DNA of 64,000 nt. Source: an uncultured Gammaproteobacteria bacterium (GTDB taxonomy: Bacteria > Patescibacteriota > Patescibacteriia > Magasanikbacterales > GWA2-37-8). How positions within the stretch are numbered: position 1 is the first letter of the stretch; each line of letters opens with the position of its first letter. The position numbers were made by a program, and so were the translations under genes. Shown here one piece after another: positions 28,324 to 38,620 of this stretch. The notes beneath the pieces are model-generated. The model worked only from the letters and a program-made list of their open reading frames with translations. It was not told the origin of the DNA and did no database searches. The stretch lies in assembly GCA_964561035.1 (NCBI GenBank), contig CAZLNR010000001.1:40577-104576 (forward strand). Reading direction: 5' to 3'.

Positions 28324-29676
28324 TTAATAATTGGTCTTCCAAATACCATCCTTGGTTTTGCTTATAAAGTATAATATTTTATTTTTGGTATCTGCCTGCG
28401 CTGTATGTATTTGTTCGGCTATAAGCTCATGGCTGACCAGATAGTATGGAAATAAAATCGTGCTGCGCTGGTTCCATATAAGGGCGAGTGTGTTATATTG
28501 ATCAAGCGGCAAAACAGTATGCAGTTGTTCACCCGATCTGCTTAGCAGCTGAGGCTCTTCGCCGTCGCTATATGTCCATAATTCCCATTGCGACCATAAT
28601 AGCCACCAGTTATTATATGGCGAAACAAAGAAGTTTGTCGTGTCAATTGGATGTAGCCCGTTTTGGTTGGCGAGTATGGCTTTTTTTCCATATAAATTGC
28701 CGATGAGTGCTGTATTTCCTTTGACTTTTAAAAGAGCCGGTTTGTTGCTATTTGGCTGGTCGTTGGTTGTAAAATAAGTTTTATTAACAGTTTGAACAAT
28801 AGTAGGGAAACCTAAAATATCTTTGGTTATTATATAGGCATCGGTATTGGTTGCGAATTGCAAAGCCCATAGTTCGTTTGCTTCCACAGACCAATCTAAA
28901 TATGTATTTGCGGTAACCAGCTGTGATTTATTGGTAGTCGGAGTGTATAAAAAAATCTGATTTTTTGTACTGTAATATACTTGAGGTTCGCTGGTTTGGT
29001 TCCAGATAAATTTTGTAATTGGCGTACCGGAGCCTATAGTAAATAATTTTTTAGTTTCCGCGTTTAATATGTATATCTGCGCAAACGGCTGTTCTGTCGG
29101 AGCGATGACGGCCAGGTTATTTTTTTCATCCCATGTATATTGGAAACGCAGGTCGCTGTCTAATCCGGTAATCTGGGTTTTTTCTTGAGTGCGCACATTC
29201 CATAGCCAAGTAAAAAAACCTTTATCAGTTTGAGTTGTAAATAGTATGTATGCGCCATCGGCTGATACAGAAAAGTCATTTATCGTGCCGCTTATCGCCA
29301 GTTCCAGTTTTGGTTTTTTTATTAAGCGTATTTCTTTAATATAATTTGTTTGTTTGTTTTTTACCTCTATTTCTTTGGACCAATCAATATACCCTTCGGC
29401 GCTTAGGCGGGTGTTATAAGTTGCGGGCGTGATGTTATTAAGGCGAATAGGCAATGTTTTCTGCAGTTTGATATTATTAAGGTAGGCAACCGATTCTTGC
29501 GGCTCTATATCAATACTGATTGATCCAGTTTCTTTGAGTAGGCCGTTATGCCAGTCATAGCGATAGCCGGCAGTATACATGATTAAAAGAGGGGATATGA
29601 TAAAAAAAGCGCTGATAAAAAAAATAAACATGAACTGTCTGATCGGCTTAGTGAATTTTGTTCCTGGATATTCCAT
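28324..29676 (-). CDS. Membrane-anchored beta-propeller (TolB/WD40-like) protein, unknown function
   Basis: N-terminal TM helix, then repeated W/Y-rich beta-strand blocks (..YILFTTQTDKGFFTWLWNV.., ..WNQTSEPQVYYS..). Confidence 0.5.
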   Translation of the reverse strand: MEYPGTKFTKPIRQFMFIFFISAFFIISPLLIMYTAGYRYDWHNGLLKETGSISIDIEPQESVAYLNNIKLQKTLPIRLNNITPATYNTRLSAEGYIDWSKEIEVKNKQTNYIKEIRLIKKPKLELAISGTINDFSVSADGAYILFTTQTDKGFFTWLWNVRTQEKTQITGLDSDLRFQYTWDEKNNLAVIAPTEQPFAQIYILNAETKKLFTIGSGTPITKFIWNQTSEPQVYYSTKNQIFLYTPTTNKSQLVTANTYLDWSVEANELWALQFATNTDAYIITKDILGFPTIVQTVNKTYFTTNDQPNSNKPALLKVKGNTALIGNLYGKKAILANQNGLHPIDTTNFFVSPYNNWWLLWSQWELWTYSDGEEPQLLSRSGEQLHTVLPLDQYNTLALIWNQRSTILFPYYLVSHELIAEQIHTAQADTKNKILYFISKTKDGIWKTNY

Positions 29677-29778
29677 GTTTTTGACGCTAACTTATTTTTG
29701 TAATATACTTAATACTAACGTAAAAATGAGGTTTAGCCAATACCTGAGCGGTTTTTATTCTAATTTAAGCCAATTTAC

Positions 29779-31074
29779 ATGTCATATCTTATTATTAATG
29801 GGGGTAAAAAACTTAAGGGAGAGATTGTTAACCAATCTTCCAAGAATTCAGCTGTGGCGCTTCTGTGCGCATCTCTTTTAGTTCGCGGTAAAACCACTCT
29901 TACAGAAGTGCCTGATATTGAAGAGGTGAATCGTATTTTAGAATTACTTGCCAGTATGAGGGTTGTTATAGAAAAACCATCTCCTGGTACCTTGGTTGTT
30001 GATACGTCCGCAGGCATATCTTTAAAGTCAATTGATAAACATGCTTCCGAAGTAACCAGATCTTCTTTGTTGCTATTAGGCGCTCTAGCCTCTTTTCGTG
30101 CCAGTTATAAGTTATATAAATCTGGCGGCTGTCGTTTGGGCGAGCGCACTGTGCGTCCCCATTTATACGCGTTAGAAAAATTTGGAGTGAGCGTTGTTTC
30201 AAAACAGTCTTTTTATGAAGTGAAAAATAACGGCTTGCGTTCTGCCGAATTGGTTATGTATGAATCTGGTGACACGCCAACAGAAAACGCTATTATGGCC
30301 GCGGTCTTGGCACCCGGTAAAACTACCATTCGTATGGCTTCGGCAAATTATATGGTGCAAGACCTATGTTATTTCTTGCAAGAAGCCGGCGCACGCATTG
30401 AAGGTATTGGCACCACAACACTTGTTATAGATGGTGTGAAAGAATTGAAAAAAAGCGTACGTTATTCTGTAATGCCCGATCCGATTGCGGCTATGACATT
30501 TTTATCCGCAGCCATTGTAACCGGGTCCCACTTAACAATCAAAAATTGTCCGATGGATTTTTTGGATTTAGAATTATGTAAATTAGAAAAAATGGGTCAG
30601 AAGTTTACGGTTGTTTCACAGCCTCATGATCGGTATCGCATGGCAAGTATTGAAGTTTTTCCGTCAAAATTAAAAGCTTTGCCGGATAAAATTTATGGCC
30701 GGCCATTTCCTGGGTTAAATATAGATAACCTGCCTCTCTTCGCGCCTATTCTGGCTGTTGCTAAAGGACGCACATTGGTTCATGATTGGGCATATGAAAA
30801 TCGATCTGTATATTATCTCGAAATGCAAAAGCTGGGCGCTAAAGTAAATTTGCTTGATTTACACCGTGCCTGGATAGAAGGACCAACCACGTTTAAGGCA
30901 AACGAAGTTGTCTGTCCTCCGGCGTTACGCCCAGCAGTTAATATTCTTATCTGCATGATGGCTGCTAAAGGAAAGTCGGTGCTCCGTAATATCTATGTGA
31001 TAGATAGAGGCTACGAACATATTTACGAAGTATTTAATAAAGTTGGCGCCAGCATTACTCTGGTAAAAGAATAA
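29779..31074 (+). CDS. murA: UDP-N-acetylglucosamine 1-carboxyvinyltransferase
   Basis: EPT fold. The SKNSAVALLCASLL segment and the active-site Cys context SGGCRLGERTVRPH match MurA. Confidence 0.9.
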   Translation: MSYLIINGGKKLKGEIVNQSSKNSAVALLCASLLVRGKTTLTEVPDIEEVNRILELLASMRVVIEKPSPGTLVVDTSAGISLKSIDKHASEVTRSSLLLLGALASFRASYKLYKSGGCRLGERTVRPHLYALEKFGVSVVSKQSFYEVKNNGLRSAELVMYESGDTPTENAIMAAVLAPGKTTIRMASANYMVQDLCYFLQEAGARIEGIGTTTLVIDGVKELKKSVRYSVMPDPIAAMTFLSAAIVTGSHLTIKNCPMDFLDLELCKLEKMGQKFTVVSQPHDRYRMASIEVFPSKLKALPDKIYGRPFPGLNIDNLPLFAPILAVAKGRTLVHDWAYENRSVYYLEMQKLGAKVNLLDLHRAWIEGPTTFKANEVVCPPALRPAVNILICMMAAKGKSVLRNIYVIDRGYEHIYEVFNKVGASITLVKE

Positions 31075-31085
31075 TTTTTATTTTT

Positions 31086-32348
31086 ATGTCGGATCTTTCT
31101 CCTGTTAAAATGCGTGCGTCAAAATACGCAAGCGTATATTTATCTTTGATATTTTTTATCATTTCTTTTGGCATGGGCGTACTGGTTGGAAAAACTTGGT
31201 ATGTGCGCCAGAGTATTACCAGCGCCAACGGCGCGGTAGAGATAGAAAAAGTTTTAAATCTGAATCGTTCTGTTAATAAAAGCTCAGTAGACTTCAATCA
31301 GTTTTGGCAGGTGTGGGACAAAGTGCGTTCATCATATGTAAAACAGCCGATTAAAGAAACCGATATGCTCTATGGCGCTATCGGAGGCTTAGTTGGTTCT
31401 TTAGGCGACCCGTATTCATTGTATTTTCCGCCACAACAAGCAGAAGAATTTGCTAAAGATTTGTCGGGAGAGCTAGAAGGTATTGGTGCTGAAATTGGCA
31501 TTAAAAATGACCAGTTAATGGTAATTTCACCATTGCCAGATTCGCCAGCAGAAAAAGCAGGTTTGCGCCCTGGAGATAAGATTATCGCGATTGATAAAGA
31601 AAGTACTGTTGGGTTGGATGTTGGCACGGCCGTGGGCAAAATTCGAGGTAAAGCCAATACGCAAGTGGTGCTTACAATTATACGTGAAAATAATACGAAA
31701 TCCGAAGATGTCTCAATCACTCGTTCAAAGATTAATGTTCCATCTGTATTGTTTTCAGTAAAAGAAAATAATATTGCATATTTGCGTGTAATGCAATTTA
31801 ATGAAGACACTATACCTCAGCTTAATAAATATATTAAACAAATTAAATCAATGTCGGCTAGCGCTATTATTTTAGATTTACGCAATAATCCAGGCGGATA
31901 CTTAGATGCAGCTATTGAAATGGGAAGCCAATGGATTACTAAAGGCGTGGTGGTGAGTGAAAAAGGGCGAGATGGGCTGAATAAAGAACATGAGACCTTT
32001 GGCTCACATCCACTTTCGGGAATAAAAACAGTGGTGCTGGTAAACAAAGGTTCTGCCTCTGCTTCGGAAATTGTGGCCGGCGCGCTACAAGATACAAAAA
32101 AAGCCGTTTTGATTGGTGAGCAAACCTTTGGTAAAGGGTCGGTACAGGATTTTCAAATGTTTCCTGACGGCTCTGCCTTGAAGCTTACAATTGCCGAATG
32201 GTTTACGCCAAATGGTAAAAATATAAACAAAGAAGGTGTGAAACCAGATATTGAAGTTAAAGAAGATTGGGAAAATGAAAAAATCGGAGAAGATTCAGTG
32301 GTAGACGCTGCGTTGCAGTTGTTTGCGTCTTCTACTTTTAGATGGTAA
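31086..32348 (+). CDS. ctpA: Carboxy-terminal processing protease (S41 peptidase with PDZ domain)
   Basis: N-terminal TM helix, PDZ (GLRPGDKIIAID), S41 catalytic segment ..GSASASEIVAGALQD.. and TFGKGSVQ. Confidence 0.85.
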   Translation: MSDLSPVKMRASKYASVYLSLIFFIISFGMGVLVGKTWYVRQSITSANGAVEIEKVLNLNRSVNKSSVDFNQFWQVWDKVRSSYVKQPIKETDMLYGAIGGLVGSLGDPYSLYFPPQQAEEFAKDLSGELEGIGAEIGIKNDQLMVISPLPDSPAEKAGLRPGDKIIAIDKESTVGLDVGTAVGKIRGKANTQVVLTIIRENNTKSEDVSITRSKINVPSVLFSVKENNIAYLRVMQFNEDTIPQLNKYIKQIKSMSASAIILDLRNNPGGYLDAAIEMGSQWITKGVVVSEKGRDGLNKEHETFGSHPLSGIKTVVLVNKGSASASEIVAGALQDTKKAVLIGEQTFGKGSVQDFQMFPDGSALKLTIAEWFTPNGKNINKEGVKPDIEVKEDWENEKIGEDSVVDAALQLFASSTFRW

Positions 32349-32367
32349 TTAGTGCGTTATATTAAAT

Positions 32368-32402
32368 AAAAAATAGCCTTACTTGTTGTAAGGCTATTTT
32401 TT
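32368..32402. terminator. Bidirectional terminator between convergent genes
   Basis: aaaaaatagcctt-acttgttgt-aaggctatttttt. Confidence 0.8.
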
Positions 32403-32404
32403 AT

Positions 32405-33256
32405 TTAAATTTTTTCTTCCCAGCGGCGGTCGGTTTCTACTTCTAGTTCTAGAAAAACTTTTTTATTTAAAGCTGCTTCCAATTCTTTGCGGGCTGCAAT
32501 GCCAATTTCTTTAATAGATCGTCCGCCAGCTCCGATAATCATTTTCTTGTATCGACTGTCGTATGTATATACAATTGCTTTGATGACAAACATTTCAGGT
32601 TTTTCCTCAATATCTTGTACTTCCACATGTGTTGTATATGGCACTTCTTGGCGCAGGGCTTTGAAGATTTTTTCGCGAATCAATTCGGCAGTCCAGAATT
32701 TTCTGTCAATGTTAGTGATTTGATCATTTGGATATACTGGTTCGCCTTCCGGAAGCAGTTCAAATACCTTATCTTTGAGCGGTTGGATATGCCTATTTTC
32801 TTGAGCTGACAGTTCAAATACAGCAGTGAATTGGTCGCTCAGCGCCAGATAATCTTCTAGATATGTTTTTTCATGTTTAGGCAGGTCGGATTTGTTGATT
32901 ACGAGCAGCTTAGGAATATCTATATTTCTTACCATGGCCAATGTCGCTCGTTCTTCTGCGCCAAGCGATTTGGTCGGGTCTACAACATAGATGATAATGT
33001 CTATGCCTTGAATCGCTTCATGGGCTCGTTGGGTAAGCTTGCCGGAAAGAGGATTTCCTTTATCTTTAAATATACCGGGTGTGTCCACAAAAACAGCCTG
33101 CCCTTGCGCGGTATTTAGAACTCCGTGTATAATGTCTCTGGTAGTTTGTGGCTTATCGGTAACTGCGGCCAGCTTCGTTCCGACGAGGGTGTTAAGCAGT
33201 GCTGATTTACCCACATTGGAACGGCCTACAAGAGTAATAAAGCCGGATTTAAACAT
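32405..33256 (-). CDS. era: GTPase Era
   Basis: G1 GRSNVGKS, G3 DTPG, G4 NKSD, C-terminal KH domain. The start at MFKSGF is preferred over the longer ORF beginning at 33277. Confidence 0.9.
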   Translation of the reverse strand: MFKSGFITLVGRSNVGKSALLNTLVGTKLAAVTDKPQTTRDIIHGVLNTAQGQAVFVDTPGIFKDKGNPLSGKLTQRAHEAIQGIDIIIYVVDPTKSLGAEERATLAMVRNIDIPKLLVINKSDLPKHEKTYLEDYLALSDQFTAVFELSAQENRHIQPLKDKVFELLPEGEPVYPNDQITNIDRKFWTAELIREKIFKALRQEVPYTTHVEVQDIEEKPEMFVIKAIVYTYDSRYKKMIIGAGGRSIKEIGIAARKELEAALNKKVFLELEVETDRRWEEKI

Positions 33257-33330
33257 AGTTAAAGTATTAAGTAACAAGTCTATATTGCTGCAGTATAGCG
33301 GAAAATGCGTGAAAAATCAAGTGTTCTAGT

Positions 33331-33771
33331 ATGAAAGTGATTTTAATACAATCTGTTCCTGGTCTGGGCCAAATAGATGACATAAAAGAGGTGTCCGAAG
33401 GATATGGTCGTAATTTTTTATTTGCAAAAAATTTGGCAGTACCGGCGACAGAGAAATCAATCAAAGAAATTCAGTTTCGCCGCAATAAGATGGCCCATCA
33501 CAAGGAGGAAGAGCTAAAACATCAGCAAGAATTGGCAGGCAGATTGGATAGCTGGGAAATTTCGTTGCGAGAAAAAGCTGGAGCGGCCGGGGCTTTATAT
33601 GCGGCTATCGGTCCGCAAAAAATAGTTGAAGCACTGGCAAAATCTGGTTTTAAGCTTGATAAAAATCAGATTATCATGAAGCCGATAAAAGAAGCGGGAG
33701 AATATACTGTTACTGTTGCGTTACGGTACGGTTTGGAGGCGCGGGTGCATGTTATTGTTTCTACTTTATAA
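33331..33771 (+). CDS. rplI: 50S ribosomal protein L9
   Basis: MKVILIQSVPGLGQIDDIKEVSEGYGRNFL matches the L9 N-domain. Confidence 0.9.
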   Translation: MKVILIQSVPGLGQIDDIKEVSEGYGRNFLFAKNLAVPATEKSIKEIQFRRNKMAHHKEEELKHQQELAGRLDSWEISLREKAGAAGALYAAIGPQKIVEALAKSGFKLDKNQIIMKPIKEAGEYTVTVALRYGLEARVHVIVSTL

Positions 33772-33803
33772 AAATAAAACGTCTTTATATAATTTGAAAC
33801 CGT

Positions 33804-35429
33804 ATGCAAACAAAATATATTTTTGTTATTGGCGGAGTGTTGAGCGGGGTAGGCAAGGGTGTAACCACGGCTTCGATTGGCCGTATTTTTAAAAATCGCG
33901 GCTTTGCTGTTTCAGCTATTAAAATAGATCCGTATATTAATGTCGATGCTGGTACGATGAATCCGGTTGAGCACGGAGAAGTATTTGTAACTGAAGATGG
34001 AGATGAAACCGATCAAGACTTAGGGAATTATGAGCGTTTCTTGGAAACAGATATATATTCATATAATTACATGACTACCGGTCGTGTATATTTGAGTGTA
34101 ATAGAAAAAGAGCGCAGCATGTACTATAAAGGCAAATGTGTGGAAGTCGTACCGCATATTCCTATGGAAGTTATTGGTCGTATTAAAAACGCTGCTGCCA
34201 AAACCAAAGCGGATGTTATGGTTATTGAAATTGGAGGTACGGCTGGAGAATATCAAAATATTTTATTTTTAGAAGCGGCTCGCATGATGAAGCTTGAGAG
34301 CCCGGAGCATGTGGCCTTTGTTTTGGTGAGTTATTTGCCAGTACCCGGTCATTTGGGTGAAATGAAAACGAAGCCAACGCAGTATGCCTCTCGCACGTTA
34401 AACGCGAGTGGTATTCAGGCCGACTTCATTATTGCGCGCGGTCCAGACGAGCTTGATAAGCCGCGTCGTGAAAAATTAGCATTGTTGTGCGGTTTGCGCA
34501 GCGAAGATGATGTGATTGCGGCGCCGGATGTGAAAAGTATCTATGAAATTCCGTTAGTGCTGGAAAGACAAAAATTTGCTGAATTGCTGATGAAACGCCT
34601 GCATATGAAAAATCGCAAGCCGATAAAAAAAGAATGGGATGATTTTGTTGCGGCCATTGGACGTATTAAAAAAACAGTGAAAATCGCCGTAGTTGGTAAA
34701 TATTTTGCCACTGGTGATTATACCTTATCTGATTCCTATATTTCCGTAATTAACGCTATTAAACATGCGGCATGGCATAGCGGCGCGCACGCCGAGCTTA
34801 CTTGGTTGGATGCTGAAGAGTACGAAAAATATCCGGAAAAAGTAAAAGAATTAAGCGGTTATAACGCCCTAATTGTGCCGGGTGGTTTTGGCACCCGTGG
34901 TATAGAAGGTATTATTACTTCTATTAAATATGCCCGAGAACACAACCTGCCATATTTGGGTTTATGCTATGGTATGCAGCTTGCTACAATAGAGTTTGCT
35001 AGAAATGTGATGGGATATAAAGACGCGCACACTTTAGAATGTAATCCAAAAAGTAAAAATTTGATTATTAACATTAATTTAACTCAAGCGGAAAATGTTA
35101 AGAAACAGCGCTATGGCGGTACGATGCGTTTAGGCGCGTATGATTGTGTTTTAAAGCCAGGCAGTATTGCGCGAAATATGTACGGATCGGAAAAAATCAG
35201 CGAACGACACCGTCATCGATATGAGTTTGATAATAAGTACCGTGAAGACATGGAAAAACAGGGGATGATAGTAACTGGTGTTAATCCGCAATCTGATTTG
35301 GTGGAAATTGTAGAATTAAAAAAGCACCCGTATTTTGTCGGGGTGCAATTTCATCCGGAATTTAAATCAAGATTTTTACACCCGCATCCCTTATTTGTTG
35401 GTTTGGTAAAAGCTGCAATGAAGAAATAA
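33804..35429 (+). CDS. pyrG: CTP synthase
   Basis: N-terminal synthetase domain (KYIFVIGGVLSGVGKG) and C-terminal glutamine amidotransferase (LGLCYGMQ, HPEF). Confidence 0.95.
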   Translation: MQTKYIFVIGGVLSGVGKGVTTASIGRIFKNRGFAVSAIKIDPYINVDAGTMNPVEHGEVFVTEDGDETDQDLGNYERFLETDIYSYNYMTTGRVYLSVIEKERSMYYKGKCVEVVPHIPMEVIGRIKNAAAKTKADVMVIEIGGTAGEYQNILFLEAARMMKLESPEHVAFVLVSYLPVPGHLGEMKTKPTQYASRTLNASGIQADFIIARGPDELDKPRREKLALLCGLRSEDDVIAAPDVKSIYEIPLVLERQKFAELLMKRLHMKNRKPIKKEWDDFVAAIGRIKKTVKIAVVGKYFATGDYTLSDSYISVINAIKHAAWHSGAHAELTWLDAEEYEKYPEKVKELSGYNALIVPGGFGTRGIEGIITSIKYAREHNLPYLGLCYGMQLATIEFARNVMGYKDAHTLECNPKSKNLIININLTQAENVKKQRYGGTMRLGAYDCVLKPGSIARNMYGSEKISERHRHRYEFDNKYREDMEKQGMIVTGVNPQSDLVEIVELKKHPYFVGVQFHPEFKSRFLHPHPLFVGLVKAAMKK

Positions 35430-36815
35430 TTATCGTCCTGCCATGCGAAGAATGGTGCTAATGGTGCGCAGCAGGATTGAAACGTCTAAAGTAAAATTTC
35501 TGTTTTTAATATAAAACAGATCGTATTCAAGTTTTTGTAAGTTTTCTTCAATAGTGCCGTAGTACGATTTTTGTACTTGAGCCCAACCTGTCAGTCCTGG
35601 TTTGATTAAGTGCCGTAAAGAATAAAACGGCATTTTTTCTGTGAGCTGTGCGACAAACTCCGGTCGTTCAGGTCGAGGGCCGATAAAAGACATTTCTCCT
35701 TTTAAGATATTGATAAATTGAGGTGTCTCATCTAGGCGAGTTAAGCGTAAAAATTTGCCTACAGATGTAATGCGCATATCTGCGGTGGCAGCATACTGAG
35801 GCCCGTTAGTTTCAGCACTACCGTCGGTAGACAAACTTTTCATAGTGCGGAATTTATACACTTTAAAAATTGCGCCTCCGCGACCAACTCTATTTTGCGT
35901 AAAGAATATTTTGCCTTTCGAGTTTAGTTTTATGGCCAGAGCGATAAACGGTAGGGTGGCAGTACACAACAGGCCAAGACAAGCGCCTAAAAAATAATCG
36001 CTTAAAATACGAATTCGGTCATATATTTTTTTCTGCTGTTCTTGTAAATGGGCTATAAACCAGCCTTCAGAAAAAGTAAATGGAGGAATGCGATGCATAA
36101 CAGACTCGTAAAAATCTGAAAGCTCAACAATGCTTATGCCTTGGAACAAGCTTTGATACAAGGTTTGCAAAAGAGATGTGTTAGCTGCCATGACAGGGGA
36201 TAAGACAACGATATTTATCTGGCTTAAATTATCACGCAGACTTGTGCTGGTGTACACAGAAATATTATGGCTCTGCGCGTATGCTGCGGATTGAGTATAG
36301 GACGAGTCTTTCTCGTATAGTAATATGCCGGCAATTTGGTAACCCAGTTGCGGTTCTTTTTTGATTTGTTCAATAAGTTCTTTTACATCGTCGGTTAAGC
36401 CGGCAAAAAGAACTTTATATGTAAGTTTTATGGTAATAAATTTATTGTAGATAAATCTCCATATTGCGATGAGGCCAAATCCAGTTATGGTTGTAAGTAA
36501 TAAGATTGTTTTTGGTGCAATATTTTGTTCCGGATTAACATAGAAATAGGCGATACCCGCCAGCATCCAAACCGCAGCACTTAGTGGTATTTTTTGAAAA
36601 AAGAGCCAGGTGTTTTTGGTTTTGTTTGCATCGTAGAGGCCAGAAATAAACATGATGGTAGCTGCTAATAAAAAAAGAGCAGTCATCGGGGAGAGCAGTT
36701 CAAGAAATTGATTATCTGCAGGATGTAAATATCTAAGGAAGGTGCCGGCATATAAGCCAGCATAGAGACAAATGAGATCGCCCGTAAAAAGAGTGAATTG
36801 TTTTAAGCGATACAT
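35430..36815 (-). CDS. Undecaprenyl-phosphate sugar phosphotransferase (WbaP/exopolysaccharide priming transferase family)
   Basis: Four to five N-terminal TM helices, then the bacterial sugar transferase C-domain (..FKVYKFRTM.., ..GPRPERPEF.., ..KPGLTGWAQV..). Confidence 0.8.
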   Translation of the reverse strand: MYRLKQFTLFTGDLICLYAGLYAGTFLRYLHPADNQFLELLSPMTALFLLAATIMFISGLYDANKTKNTWLFFQKIPLSAAVWMLAGIAYFYVNPEQNIAPKTILLLTTITGFGLIAIWRFIYNKFITIKLTYKVLFAGLTDDVKELIEQIKKEPQLGYQIAGILLYEKDSSYTQSAAYAQSHNISVYTSTSLRDNLSQINIVVLSPVMAANTSLLQTLYQSLFQGISIVELSDFYESVMHRIPPFTFSEGWFIAHLQEQQKKIYDRIRILSDYFLGACLGLLCTATLPFIALAIKLNSKGKIFFTQNRVGRGGAIFKVYKFRTMKSLSTDGSAETNGPQYAATADMRITSVGKFLRLTRLDETPQFINILKGEMSFIGPRPERPEFVAQLTEKMPFYSLRHLIKPGLTGWAQVQKSYYGTIEENLQKLEYDLFYIKNRNFTLDVSILLRTISTILRMAGR

Positions 36816-36836
36816 ATAGTATGATATAATGCGTAC

Positions 36837-38351
36837 ATGAAAGAATTTTACCTTATTTTAAGCAAAAAATCAATAGTTAGCGGTTTGTTGGCGGTTGGTA
36901 CTGTGCTCTGTATGTGTGCGCCAGTTTTTGCTTATACTCCAAGTGATCCGTATTATCGCTGGCAGAAAGACGTATATAATCAAATTCATGCGCCGGAAGC
37001 CTGGGACTATACAGTTGGCAGTAGTACGGTGGTGGTAGCAGTTATAGATACTGGAGTAGATATTTTAAATTCAGATTTGGCTGATAATATTTGGGTTAAT
37101 ACCGATGAAGTGCCTAATAACGGTTTAGATGATGATAATAATGGGTATGTTGATGATGTGCATGGATGGAATATTGTGGAAAATAATAATGATGTAAGTA
37201 TCGCTAATATTACAGAGGCAGACGACGCTGGAGCGGTTAATCATGGCACTTTGCTGGCTGGTTTAATTGGCGCCTCGGGAGATAATGAGGTGCTAGGGGC
37301 GGGTTTAAATTGGCATGTGTCAATTATGCCGCTGCGAGCCGTAAACAATAGCGGCGGTGGTGATTTGGTTGATATTGCGCGCGCGGTAAATTATGCGGTT
37401 GATAATGGTGCTAGTATTATCAATTTAAGCTTTGTTGGCTTTACTACCGAACCTGCGCTTACGGCTGCTTTGTATCGCGCTTACCAAAAAGGGGTGTTAG
37501 TGGTAGCGGCTGCAGGAAATAGCCGCAATGACAGTAGTGGCAATGAAAATTTGACCAAAGTTAAGCAGTATCCAATTTGCCTCGACTATGATTATGCGCA
37601 AAATTGGGTTTTGGGAGTTGCTTCCGTCAGCGCATCCGATACGTTGAGTTATTTTGGCGATTATGGGAGCTGTATTGATATTTCGGCGCCTGGAGAAAAA
37701 ATCTATAGTACACAGAAAGTAAGCGAACAGCCTGGTTTTGAAAAAGATTTTGATGGTGGCTGGTATGGCACATCTTTTGCCGCCCCATTGGTGGCGGGTA
37801 CGGCTGCCCTGATAAAATCCATTCGTCCAGAATGGGCGGCTAAAGAAATTATAGAAACGCTTCTTAAAAGCGCTGATGATATAGATTATCTCAATCCGGG
37901 ATTTGCCGGTCAGTTAGGTTATGGCCGTCTCAATGCCGGTAAAGCGGTGCGTTTGGCAGCAGAGTCAAAAGTAAAGCCTGTTGAAGGGGTGTATCGCGGT
38001 GCGCTAGTTAATGTAAAAAAACAGTATTATGTAGATGTGTTTGAAGGGGCAAAAAAAGCGCATCGTTTTCCACTAGAAAATTTTTCAGAAAAATCATCCC
38101 GCTGGCTGGTTGCAGACAATATGTTTGTATATGTGTATCAGCGTAATGGTAGCTTGGTGGCGCAAGCTTGGGATTTTGCCGGTAAAAAAATTATGACAAA
38201 TTTAACATTGCCGGGCTTTGTTGCAATTATTCAACTGGATAAAGGATATGTGTGGGGTGAAAACGAAAATATTATCATTACAGCCAAAAAAAATAATAAT
38301 CTAAAAAAGATTATTATTGATGTGCCGTCGCAGAGTTGGAAAACCGAGTAG
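36837..38351 (+). CDS. Subtilisin-like serine protease (S8), secreted
   Basis: Signal peptide. Catalytic triad contexts VIDTGVD (Asp), HGTLLAG (His), GTSFAAPLVAG (Ser). Confidence 0.85.
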   Translation: MKEFYLILSKKSIVSGLLAVGTVLCMCAPVFAYTPSDPYYRWQKDVYNQIHAPEAWDYTVGSSTVVVAVIDTGVDILNSDLADNIWVNTDEVPNNGLDDDNNGYVDDVHGWNIVENNNDVSIANITEADDAGAVNHGTLLAGLIGASGDNEVLGAGLNWHVSIMPLRAVNNSGGGDLVDIARAVNYAVDNGASIINLSFVGFTTEPALTAALYRAYQKGVLVVAAAGNSRNDSSGNENLTKVKQYPICLDYDYAQNWVLGVASVSASDTLSYFGDYGSCIDISAPGEKIYSTQKVSEQPGFEKDFDGGWYGTSFAAPLVAGTAALIKSIRPEWAAKEIIETLLKSADDIDYLNPGFAGQLGYGRLNAGKAVRLAAESKVKPVEGVYRGALVNVKKQYYVDVFEGAKKAHRFPLENFSEKSSRWLVADNMFVYVYQRNGSLVAQAWDFAGKKIMTNLTLPGFVAIIQLDKGYVWGENENIIITAKKNNNLKKIIIDVPSQSWKTE

Positions 38352-38620
38352 TAAATTGTTGTAAGTCATTTTAAAATGGTGGAATAGCTAAAGAGAGCAG
38401 GCGCCCTGTGGTTCGTGGTTAGCAAACCGTTCTGTGCAGTTTTGCCATACTCTTACTTTCTATGCTTGTGGCAAAGAACATATTCCGATTTACCATCGGA
38501 TCTCTAGCCTCCCCACGGTAACGGTACACGTTTTTTCTGATATTGTAAATATTAGCCTCCAATGCTATAATTTTGATATAAATATGATGCGTGCTAAGCG
38601 CTATATTTTAATGGTAACAT

